Below, piece after piece: positions 15,934 to 28,646 of a stretch of DNA of 64,000 nucleotides. The stretch spans positions 3,534,001 through 3,598,000 of the forward strand of contig NC_134029.1 of NCBI RefSeq assembly GCF_964204645.1. The letters run 5' to 3'. The position numbers and the translations under genes are program-made. The stretch comes from Tubulanus polymorphus. Lineage: Eukaryota; Animalia; Nemertea. The notes beneath the pieces are model-generated. The model saw only the letters and a program-made list of their open reading frames with translations, was not told the DNA's origin and searched no databases. Each line of letters opens with the position of its first letter. Position 1 is the first letter of the stretch.

Positions 15934-18900
15934 TTACATCTTCGTGTCCAGCATAGACTCCTGTGAATTTTTGTCTTCGCTCTTATACGTGTTGTAGGTG
16001 ACGTATTTTGTCTCTTCCAGATGGGCGTAGTCAGCGGCCATACACGCTATGAAAAACGACTACAACGAAAAGAAAATATGGTCCTGCTATAGATCTAGGT
16101 AATTGAAATGAAAGAGAATTTCTTTTCTTTTCATTTGTGCCATTTCTACCTATATATAGTGGAACCCTGTAACAACGAACTCCAGAAAACATGTTCGTTT
16201 AAACTGCTAGTTCGTTATTTCCAATATGAAATTGAGTCATATTTTCGATGAAATTCTAGGTTTGTAATATATCTGATAAATCGCTATATTGGAGGTAGCT
16301 ATGACAAGGTTCCCCTGTATATATAGACATTCTGTATCCGAGCAGACTATCGGTTACAAAAATGTGAAGCGATAAGACGTAGAATGATTGAATTTTTTTC
16401 GAACTTCATGGCAAGAATAATTCACGCATTGAACTACTAAATAAACACGAATGACTTATTCCGAAGGATATTAGTATCTTATAGGATTTTTTCCCATATT
16501 ATTTCAGCACTGATTCAATGGTTATTTTACTTACCAGCGCCACTATGAGAATGATTCCGGCCAAAACTGCTACAGCGAAACAGATTAGAACTGCTTGACT
16601 CTGTTTGAATAAAAGAATATATGCAGAAATCAATGGTTAAATTATCAAAGAACCGATAATTTTCTGGGATACTTACGTCTTCTGTGAATGTTCGCAGGCT
16701 ACTTCCACAAATCACCTTCGACGGGAAGCCTGAAAAATAATCATAAATCCTACTTTTTAAATTTAGATCAATTTTGTGAGTGGAGTAATTTTTAACGACA
16801 GCAGTTATTCGTGAACCCGATGTACCCAGTATATCGGAAAATCAGCATAGAACATGACTTATATTACTAGACCGGTTATCAAGGGTATAAAGAATATATA
16901 CTTTAATACACATGAAAATATCTAGTTGAGTAATTGGAGGATGTTTCTTCGTAATTAGGATTTATGGGTCCCATTAGCTGTTCTTCGTCAGGCTATATCT
17001 CCGCGCTAATTACACTATGCATCGAGCCAGTGCATTATTTCAACTAATTAGTTTTTGTGATGCATCATTAATTTACCTCCTCCCAAGTATTGTATATACT
17101 ATATATCGTAAGTATGAACAATTCATTATTCGATTAACAAAGTTGATGATTAGATTAACTAATTCATCTAAGAAAAATTGGCCATTCAGTGCTTCTGAAA
17201 AATGCAGTTGAAATTTCCAGTTTAGTGATTCTAGGTCTGGTTTTCAAAATAAAACCTGTTGCAGTTGGTAATCCAACAACTCGATAGACATCTTTGGGGA
17301 AATTTATTCCCAGATAGACGTAAGATAGCTGAAAACTCTCGAATAACACTATAATGCGGCTAAATCTCATCGTTTGCTTAAAAGATTTTTTCAATTTTGA
17401 TTTTCGGTTCGTTAATGCGCTCCGGGGCACGAACGCTTAAGCGACTTACACCAGCAGCCGATAATGGCGATTAGATCTAGAAGGATTTTATTCAAATATC
17501 CACTTCCCAGGAGTTGGGTTGTGCATGAAATCAGGATAGAAACTATGTTTCAGAAAATACTTTAAGATGAATTTCTTAGAGCTCGAGTGGCTGAATTTTA
17601 ACGAAATGAAAACGAAGTTGATTGCTCGATACATTCTCCATCATATGGAAGAATCCTGTTTTTTTTAAACGAAAGGTCTCTTCGTTTTGTAGAAGTCAAT
17701 AAATTCATGTTTAGCCGCAAGGGTTGTAAGGCTTTAAACAAATTGCCGGAATGTGTTCCAACCACGTTCGAAAAACTAAAAGGTTTATTTCAACGCCAAA
17801 ACATAACACAACATCGCTTCGCAATATGAAATTGATTTTACGTCCAGGCCTCAATGTTTACTCGCTAAGGGCAGACATGCCTTGTTCTGTATGGAGAACT
17901 GCGATACGCGGGGAGAGGCGCAGAGAGGGAGATGGCAGCAGGTTTACAGCGCTAGTTGCCATGGTGAACACCTTACCATAATTTTTCATGTCTATGCATT
18001 TGATACCACTATCGTGCAAATGGTAGAAAAGCGTAAGGAGTACAACGGGGGTCATCGTCACCGCAGTAGTGGCACCCCATCCGATCAACAGAATGAAAGC
18101 AATCACTAGACCCTAGAATAATTTAAAAAAACACAAAATTAACATCAAATAATCTTGATAGAACATTCTGGACCAAGTTCCGCAGTTCTGAGAAAAGATT
18201 TGACTCTGAGTTAACTCATTGAAAATGAACTAATTTCAACTCAGAGTTAACTAGAACTCACAACTGTGGGACTGGATCCTGAAGAATAATACGATTTAAA
18301 CTCACAACTCAAAAAAGTAGTCAGAAAGGTTTATTTCAACCTTTCGACTATTAGTCATCTTCTCGAATATGTATTCAGTATTTCTTTTTTGGTTTTTACC
18401 GTAATAAACATTAAATCTATGGCTGATATAGAACTTCAGAAAAAAAGATGATGAGTTTTTTTTCATGCGGTGTTATTTCTTCGTAATGAAGCAACGTGTT
18501 TGTTGTATTTGGAGGCGATCTGGAAGCATCGAATATCGCACCGTGAGATATGCCAATATTCGACGAGGGTTTAGTTCTGTGAACCGAACCTCAGTGATGA
18601 TGTCATATATCGGTCGGACTAAATCGTATCCGATTAAGAATTACGTTTACCGCAATCTTTGAATATTATCTTTTAGGGTTTAATGTGACAAATGAATTCC
18701 GTGTATTGGAAATGAGAATTTATATTTCGCTAAGTGTTCAAATCAATAACTGGGTATTAATCCGAAAGTAAGGATTTTTAACTTCAAATCTTTAATTGAT
18801 CACGCTCAAGGCAATTTATTAGAAATAAAGATGATTGATCCTCGGAGTCACCCTACCACAGCCCAGAGGTCGTCTGATAATCTATCTGATAGGCGATATT

Positions 18901-21900
18901 TCTTATTCCTTCCGGTGCGGAATTCAAATAACAGAAACGTCTCACGCATTAAGGATAAGTCTATATTTCAACATTGAAATCACTCTCGTGACGGCTATAA
19001 ACTATTTTCTCGTCGAACGAAAGCGGAATTTTTATGCGTTTCTTCCATGGGCTCATTATCAGTACAAAGACGTAAACGAGCTCTCAGTCGGATACGTTAC
19101 CATAGTTTCATCGAATGACAAACGACTCTCAAAAGCCCAACACCGACTGCCACAGTACGTTTCACGAGTATTCACGTTTATATAACTCTTTCGAACAAAG
19201 CACTCATATACTTACCACAACATTGAGGGCTCTGGCACAGGCATTTTTCTTGGTTGTATTGAAAACGTGTCTTGCAGTCCAGCCGGTCGAGAGGGCACCC
19301 AATGTAAAGAACAACAGTCCAAATACACCGGTTCCTATACATACTCCCATCACGATGAATTCTAAATAATCATACCTACAAGATACAAACCGTTAAGCTT
19401 GAATTCGTATTCTTTTTCACTTAATTCTTATTGGGAATGGGATACGTGGAACTGTATTCCAAAAGTATTTGCTGACTCATAAAATGGAGGTTTCATTAAG
19501 TTAGATTTATTGACGAAATAATACACAACCGTGGACAAGATAACTACATATTAAGCTGTACATAATTACCAAAGTAAATAATTCAATATTCAATATTTTA
19601 TGAAGGTAAATCATACACACGTATATCAAATAGATGGATATGTATCATTTTTAGTTCGTTTGATCATAGCTGACAATATCACAGACAAGTTAACGGGTAT
19701 CAGTACTAGAATATCCGGATAAAATAGGGAATAGGGATTCGAGATTTCTTCGAGATCGCATTCTCAGCAGTAGCCACCGCAATCTTTTCTTGTTGGCAGT
19801 GACACCATATATTAACATATATTTGAAATCGACCAATCACAAGACCGCGTCGTCGATAAAAAAAATGGTACGTTTCCTACTCAATGTGCCCGTCGTCGTC
19901 AGTAGAGCTCGATTGTAGATATTAATAGCACGTTGCCCTTATCGACAAAAAGCTCAACGAGGAAAATCTCATCATTTGCCATGTTCTTCTCATCCATAAA
20001 CACAGGGAGACGAACGACATTCTGCCAGCCCTCGTAGAAAGAGCCATTTACATCGAAGAGGAGATTATTAACGACTTAATCGAACCAGTGCTCACCGAGG
20101 GACTGTTATAATGCCGTATACCTGCCTGGAAATTATTTGATCCGAAATCAGATAAATCGCGAATCCGGCACGGTTGCTTTACGTTACAAACTCGTCGCGC
20201 ATTATATGAATATACGTTTTGTGACATCGGGGGAAATCTTCTAGATGATAAACAAACGTACGGAGAAAAACCCATTAATCGCGCTAGATGGAAGACCATG
20301 AAAACGATTCGCGGCTCGTTCGACTGGGATGAGCTTGTAAAAAAGATAGATCGCGTAAAATTGTAGTCTACAGTACTATCAGCGCATGTTAAACAACTTC
20401 CATTTTGTTTTACTTTTGATATTTACATTACGCAAGCCATTGCCAAACAAACTACGCAATACGAAATGTCTGTCTTGCAAACAGTTTTGTACGGGGTGTT
20501 TGTACCGATATACGTTTATGTTCTGAAGGAGTACTTGTATTCTTGTATTCGTGTATCAAGGCACCTAAGGAAAATAATTACATCGGTGTATTTTACAACA
20601 TTCACTTTCTCGAACAGTAATGAATTTCCACCTCCCTGTATTATCTCTATAGCTGTTTTTTTCTAAGGTATTACTGCTGTGTGTCTCTTCATTTATAAAT
20701 AAGCTAATTAGCCAATCACCTTCGTATGTTTTCGCAAATCGGGTCTAATTAAGATGGCAGAGATTGCGCTTTTATATTTGAAGACGGCTTAAATTAACCG
20801 AGTGACAAGCCATCTTTCATCACGAAGCCAACAACCGACTACTGCTAGCTTTCAGATGCACGGTGCTCCACAGTCGAATACACCGTTTGAATTATGTATG
20901 AGAAAAGAGACGTACATTTGCATTCTTTATCTCTCGCGAAACCTTGAATAATATTCTGCACCGATGAGAAAATACTGGACACAATATCTACTCGCAGTAA
21001 TGTGTTGAATGAAATCATCCGATGCTCTGAATTCAACATAGCGTAAAGAAAATCCTGTCAATGGAATAAAGTTTCCTATTCGAAAATGTCGATTTTAAAA
21101 CATTATTAACCTATCAGCTCTCATATGTAGTGTCTACGGCTTGGAGGGCTAATAGGTTCATGGCAATTCAAAACGCTTGAACTTCTGATAGCAGAAATAT
21201 TCAACTGACTGACTGTATTTTGTATAGTGTATGTTGTTTGCAGGGGAAATGGTGTTAAGCAATATATAAAATGTATATGTCTCCATTGACCAACCAGCAA
21301 ATGCTATTTACTTTTAATCAACTTTGGATGTTGAGAGAGTCGATGGACCGATATCTGAATATACGAGAAGACTGTTCGTTACATCAAATGGTGTCAGCTA
21401 TTCATTTGTCAAAGCAATTCACAACATTTTAGTACCAACTTGTCGAGCAACAAGTCGCTATTTGCGGCTATTTGGTTATTAGAAAAGGACGTCACTGGAA
21501 TCTGGTATTGAGACCGGAAATGAGCTGAGACATTTGAGCATGCGTATTCTAGCAGTGGAAATGAATTTTCTTTCACGAAATATAATTTTGATAGAAAACT
21601 AAAAATCAATTGAATTGATTCTATGAATACGGTAGAACACAACTGGTCGATTCTGAATCGAGAACCTCAAATCCGGACTCTACATAGAACCATGTCTACT
21701 TCCGGTAAATAAAAATGGCGGCTTTCGGCTGTTTGAATAATACACATTTTTTTGGAGCCGTCCACAAGGAAATAATGTGTATAAGATCAATTTGGAAGCG
21801 TATACTGAGGCGGCAAGAGAATAGAATATTTTCATTAGTGACAGCTGCGTGATGATAAACGAGGTCTGAAAGGATGATCAATTTAAAACGAGACAGCTTA

Positions 21901-24900
21901 ATCTATTCTATCATTGAACGCAAAATTCTCTTATTTTCGTCCCCTGAAAAGATTGTAATATCGACAGCTATCGGAGCCGTTATGATGTCCGTTGTCTATA
22001 AGTCAATAGCGTCTCGGCGACTGAGATTATTTCCGCAACTGGTCGCAGGAGGGTGTTGCACTGGAGGCCAGTAAACCAGATAGGAATCACACAGTCACGT
22101 ATCTGTACCGATTCCATGTTTTTCTAGGGATATTATGATAAACGCGTTGCACTCTGGAAATTGACATTCGGCAACAGCCTATAAACATTGTAAGATAGAA
22201 TCCCACAATACAAAAGTAAAACGAATGCGAAAAATGTCTTTGAGCTTCAATTTTACATCAAGACAAATTCGAATAGAAAATAAGCCCAAGGAAATTATCG
22301 AATTCGTTTTTCTTGTTTATTGTCTTAGATTATCTTTACAGTACGGACATGTTACTCTAATGGATGTATTTTGTGAAAGCCCGGGATAGCCAGGCTACAA
22401 GAAGAGTTTTACAACTCTTGGTAATTCGTAATTCATATACTTACATTTGATGGTCTAGTAATTTTCGGACTCTCATGAACCCAACGACTGTTCCACCGGC
22501 GTATCCTCCTATTCCCAACAGAATCATGATCAAAGCCGTCAATGTCCGGCACGGAATACCGGCTAAACATCGGCAACATGATGCACAACAATCTGCAACA
22601 ACAAATGAGAACGGCAATGTCATCATTGATAAATATATGTATTCCAAATAAACGAGAATATTGTTTCTTTTCGGAGCTGTTTAAAACGTCCACAGTTTTG
22701 TTCTATCTGAGCACACGGTCCTAACACACGCAAAGAGTCTTTGGCTGATATAAAATCCTTTACAAACTCTTTATATCTTGGCTACCCTTAAGGCTCAACC
22801 GGCGAGTTATGGACTCCAGATGCAACAGAAAATAGAAGATGAGAGAATATGTTTTAATCGATTTAATATGCCTTTGATTCGTATCCCGAAGATGCGGCTA
22901 TGGTTTCAACACAAAATGATGAATCGTATCTTGCGACAAAGTTTAACCATATTTCTAGACGTAAAGGTTAATGTCACTAGTCCAGATTTGCCGACTAACA
23001 ACAAAGTTTTGTTCTTGCTATAGAATATAAATCGCCAGTAGGAATGCTACGAACTAACTGGAATGCCGCCACGATCGGAGTCTGTTATATCTTCCATAAC
23101 CGATCGACGGAACTTTCTAACATTCTTGTTAACAAAAACACTCTTTCCACAGAAAAAAAAAAACACTGAGAATCTACTCTTTTACGATTTATGTTGTTTA
23201 CAAGCAGTTTCCTAGTCTTTCAGACAAAATTCATTCTATATTCTAATACGCATAAAACTCAAACATGACTGCATCACTTAGCGATATTCACAATATCATT
23301 TATAAACTTCATCGATGACTGGAATTTTTCGCGTGTTTTAAAAAGGAAATTAGTTACATCCTGGTTATATGAATCAACGAAGCAAATAATCGTTTCTGTG
23401 TACATAAGAATACAATAATGGATCGGAATATATAAAAATCCCGTCCTATATATTACTATGCTGACTGACTGCTCACTTTTTTGAATTTTGAATTAATTTC
23501 AATCGAGAGTCAAGTCGAACTCATAACACTGCGCCAACCATGATCTTTACGTTTTCTAACGTAAATTATAGAATTTGTTGACTTTCATATTCCCGCGGTT
23601 CGTAGTTGTTTACCGGGAGTTGCGTGGTTGTTAATCGTAAGGGTCAAGTTTATCGTGTGCTCCGGGCAAATATAGATTCTCAGATCATCATAAAATCGAG
23701 CTAATTGATTCGTTTTGAGTGAAATATGGCGTGCATATAGAACTAGAAGGTCATTTTAATGTCACGAATCCCCGAATCGACTATCGTTAGAGACTGGTGC
23801 GTATGCACGCAAATAATCCCGACTATACTTTCCCGACAGGTTACAGTCATAAGATCAAAGTCGATGAGGTGGGTTCGGGAAAATGATATAATCTGCAACA
23901 AAATGCAGTCGCACTATTGAAATTGAGCAATTTTCGTAATGAAGTGACGAATTTGGGTTGTCCGTAATTTGACATAATCACTATACGGTCTCCGGAAAGG
24001 ACCGCGTAACAACTAACTATATGGCAGTTTTCCGCACCAAATCTTTGATACACAAATTGTGGACTGGTGTATATTTAGAGATAAATTGCCACTACATCCG
24101 CTAGTCGCTTGTAAAACTAATTCGCTTTGCTAGAAATTATAGCACATACCCGCGGTCAAAATCCAGGCCAATTGGTCCCCGCATAGGCGCCGCTCAAAAT
24201 CTACGCGTGAGCTTACACAGTTCTTCCTCTGGACCATAAGGGGTGAAATCTATCGCTATTAACGTCAACAACCGCCATACGTAAAGAAACGAGGTTTTAT
24301 GTAAAATCGAGGATTTGACTATGAACCCCTTTAAGTGAAGATATAATGATTGATGATTGCAAGTCATCTCCGTTACGCTCAATCCATCTAATAGCCTACG
24401 ATCGAACTGATCTGATCAGAAATTAATTTGCGGTATCGTATAATTATGAAGAATTCTAAATTTTCTCTCGACGCGTCTCTTGTAACGTCTTAATGGCGGC
24501 AAGGATGCGAAGACGATTACAATACATATTGACACAACGGCAAAATCAACACGTTCTATGGTACTCGTGACGTTTACACAGATTCCAGCGAGTGGGGATA
24601 ATCCCAGTGAAATATTATATTTGCGGCTTCGTCCTGAAGTGTCTCCGAGTAAATGATAAAAGCTGTAGTCGATTGTATGATTTTCTCACTCATCATATAT
24701 AATAGTCATGTCTGAACTGAAATGACCGATTTTTCCAGCCAATGACTCTCGAGGTATTATCGTTGAATATTCGCTTTCCGAAATAATACACAAATGGCAC
24801 TAACCTTTGATCAAACCACAGAACATAATAATTATAGCCAATATCGTACAAAGAATATTCCAATAGAATATGAATTGGTAGCGATAACTCAAGAACGAAT

Positions 24901-27900
24901 TGCCTTTCGCCGAGTGAAATTGAGGACTGACAATGATGAGGTTCGAAGGAAGAAATAGTTGAATTTTTGTTTTACGATCGAAAAAAATAGGCAGATATGA
25001 TATTTATAGTAGCACAACAAGCCAGACAGATGCCATGCAGATTCGTGTTATGTATCCGTGTCTATAAACGAGACTGTTATTGATATTATGCCTCCAGGTA
25101 AAACCTGACTTTCGTAGATTTATTACTTAAACATGATCGAATGAGAAATCTTCTTATCTTCGGGGATTCATTAGAACTTTTAATAGAAGATGAATCATCG
25201 ATTTTTCTATCGATCCCATCGAAAGATTATTGAAACGACGGTGCAGGGATAAAGTCGGTCGTTTGTGAACCGTTCAGATACGTCTGCCATTATGATCCGT
25301 CCGGAGTATTTCCACTCGATTAAGTATTCAAAATATCTTCGACGTAACGAATACAAATTCTCATAGTTTATTCCGATATTTAAGACGTACTCCTGGAGAA
25401 TGTGATGATATCTGCTCGCAGTTGCATTGATTTAGTGGATGAGGGTTTATTTGATTTATTTGACAGGTTTCTTTATAGGTTTTGAGTCGGTACCAACGGA
25501 GCATTCGAAATTTCAGTAAAAACAAAGACATGTATAAACCGATGAACCCATATTCACACATTTCGGTTAAGATTTGACTCAAGGTTAAAATTTTGCTACC
25601 TTTTGGCAAACAATTCTTTTTAAACTCCTTTCATTTTCACAAAATATTCAGTTCGGGGAAAGGCATTTGGCATTTGGCATTTAAGGATTGTTTATATTTT
25701 TACGAAGAGAGTTACATCTCGTAACGCGATAGTCGATAATATGAGAATCATCAACTGGAATTAACTTGTCACAAAGACCTGGCTTCAGATTCCGAGCCGG
25801 GGTTAAAAATCTATGAGCTTTTTCAGATTTCCGAGTGTGATTTGCACCGAAGTCATCGAAACAAAAATCAATACAAAAACGTAAATCATTCAGAAAAATA
25901 AATTAACATCCAGGGACTACGAACGTAATTATTGCCTCGCGCACGAATTGCCCTTAAATGCCTGCTTTTATGTTTATTCACCTTTTATCAAAGAAAATAT
26001 TGCAAAAGGTGAATACACCCCGGCAGGCACGAGATACATATAGTGATTTATCTTCTCTACGGACCGAATCATTGATCTTAACCCAAACACACGAATTTGA
26101 ATATTCGAAAACGAAAATTTCGTATTCAATGATAGTACGTAATGTAATTTGTATGCAAAGCATCCCAAAAGCCCCATACATTGAAACAATGAGAAAATGT
26201 ATTCATTAATATCCACCACTTCGAACACCGAATTCAGATTTTGCTTTAAACAGCAAAATGCCCCAGAGTGATTTACTAAATTGAATTATATATAATGTTG
26301 TTGTTTCATTACTTAATGAATTCGTATTTCGACTGAGATTCTGTCGGTAATTTGTGAGAGCTATAATACCGAGCTGCTAATGCTTTCTATCAGTTTTATT
26401 CGCTATGCGTTAACGGCCTTGAACGATCGGAACGTTTGCATTAAAAACAATCGCGGAAATATCGAGGGTTCTACCTCTCGGTACCGGTTGATATACACCG
26501 TATTTTTAACTCATAAATAATCGGGTTCATCGCAGGTAAACCGCTTTTACCGACATTTTATCGCAATAATCCTCTGTTGCGCTTTTGAAGCGGTTTCGAC
26601 CGCCGCATATTCAAAACGTTGGTTCGTAACAAACTGCAATTAAGTACAAACCTTCTAATCATCATTAGTTTCATAGCGTCAAATCAAATAATTCTCTTGT
26701 TACCACAATGAAGCGTCCTGCGGACATCATATCAGGTATCATATTACATTTATCGAAAAAAAAATCCTTCGGGATACGAAAATGTGCGTGTTATTATGTA
26801 GAGGTTTCCCCGCGATATTGTCAGTGCATTTTTCATCAACATTCACCGATATTTCAGCATGGAAGAACATAATTTGGTCAGAGAAGGCGCACTTCATAGG
26901 ATTCCCATCATTAGTACCCGACCCATACAAGTAATTTCTCTGGCGTAACTCAAGGGACGACTCATAACTTTGTGAATAATTCAACTAGTCGAAGGCCATT
27001 TTATAATTTCCCGAGGAATAATTGATTGAACCGATCACGATACTCTAATTGGAAAGCTCAATATGAATTTGACGTACAATAACAAAGCCAACATATGCAG
27101 AAACAGCTGCAAAGTGAACTATATCATAAACCTTTCAAAAATACGGTCGTACAAATCGAGTTATTGCATTATTTCATATGTTTGTAACATATGTTGTCAT
27201 CGAATAAAGTATATTATTATCTAAAATGCGAAGTGGATATAAGCTCCATGCAGTTATAAGAACATGGTCGGATATACTTGACTTTTTTCTATCCTGATAA
27301 GCCGACTGCGCGCGGCGATACGATCGCTCAACTGGAGAACAGAAACAACGACCTTGGGAAAAAAAATCTGCCGAATATCTTTAGAAACGACAACGTCACA
27401 CAGTGCCGAATCGAATAACATCAGATACGGGTAAAGTCATTGTGGATGCTGAATGCGGATAGCTCTATCGATCCCTCGTCGTTATAACTCGGTGTGCCTG
27501 GTTGATACCCAGAATTCATAGTCGTTACTTTGACAGAAATGTTTATCGCTTGTTCTATGGGGAAAATTCAATCAACTGCGGGAGTCGCTGAAAGGAGATC
27601 CGTTTGTCATCGCAGCACGTCCGAGTGTGAATCCACGGTGGGCTGGTGGCTCGCAGCCGCGCTTAAATATACCCCAGTAACAAATAGCCAAAAAGGGATT
27701 TCATACGATACGCTTAATGACATCATACATTTACGTGCTTGAAATGACAATTATCTCCGAGATCTGATTAACTCGATCATTCCGCCATTTTATAAATAAT
27801 GAAACTTAGGAATTGGCGCACAACATCGTTTTCATTGCCGTGTAAGATTCGACATGCTCGAAATGACGACTTCATTACCAAAAACATGAACTGATGATCT

Positions 27901-28646
27901 ATTTCTCCAGCTGTGAAAAACTGTTTCCTTTAGGCAATTGCTCCGGTAAGGAGGGCGAATTAAAAGCGTAACGAGGCCTGTACGGTATTTTCTCATCTGG
28001 AATGTCTAAATACCCCTATACCCCCAGCACGTATCTACGAGTTTATATTTACACGTAATTAATACTGAGCCCGGATAAATACTACGTTGAAACCTTGTCA
28101 GAACATTGAACAAACAAAAATGGCGGCATTCTCTCTACTTGTCTTATTAAACTAGAGAATCGAGGCATAACGGTAATTTTTCTGTTAAACAAACTGCAAA
28201 AGTACGTCTTGTACGAACGGAAAAGAGCCCTCCACGAGCGCGGTTTCAACAACGATTACAAATAATCGTTTGGAATCGCAGAAGTGCCAATAACGTCAGT
28301 TTCATTAAGGATGAATGATGTTTTTATCCGCGGCAGCAAATCGTCACTAAAAACTGGCGCTTTTTGTTTTGAGGAGTGGTGCCAGATGACGACAGCTGAA
28401 CATATCGCGAATAAAACAACATCTATTTTACAAACTACTATTACATTTTCAATATACATGTACAATAAGTATCGATACATCGAGAGTAACCTTACCATTC
28501 GAACCTTTCTTCGAATTAGATTCGTTCGGGATTATACAGGCCTCTTCCTCGTCACCGTCCATGTTCGGATGGCCGTTCGCGTTGCTATCAACACCTCCGT
28601 CCTGGTCGTACGTCTCGACGTCACTAGCTACCGATTCCTCACCCAT
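15934..28646 (-). CDS. Proteolipid protein family (PLP/DM20/GPM6, 'M6'-like) four-transmembrane protein, 7 exons, ~279 aa
   Basis: Exons: 28646-28496, 22592-22445, 19375-19216, 18112-17977, 16729-16677, 16600-16535, 16059-15934 (840 nt, phases consistent, all donors GTAAG). Hallmarks are the Cys-rich CCASCCRCLAGIPCRTLTALI before TM1, LGALSTGWTARHVF after TM2, CIDMKNYGFP..ICG in extracellular loop 2, and FIACMAADYAHL after TM4. Exon 1 assignment is less certain than exons 2-7. Confidence 0.85.
16157..16317. mobile_element. Tc1/mariner(pogo)-type MITE, degenerate
   Basis: TA-flanked AGTGGAACCCTGTAACA ... TATGACAAGGTTCCCCTG inverted ends in the last M6 intron. Confidence 0.55.
18169..18279. mobile_element. 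MITE family A, copy 2
   Basis: GGACCAAGTTCCGCAGTT ... AACTGTGGGACTGGATCC with internal GAGTTAACTC motifs. Confidence 0.7.

Noticed and set aside
17858-17976. ORF read-through past the M6 exon-4 donor as a PLP/DM20-like alternative 5' splice
   Set aside because: It ends in a stop without a convincing in-phase donor, and it lies in the extracellular loop rather than the cytoplasmic loop where the PLP-specific insert sits.
15934-28646. Initial reading of the four-TM gene as LAPTM4 or a tetraspanin
   Set aside because: It has no C-terminal PPxY motifs and no CCG motif. The CCxxCC..P, STG and ADYAHL motifs fit the PLP/M6 family.
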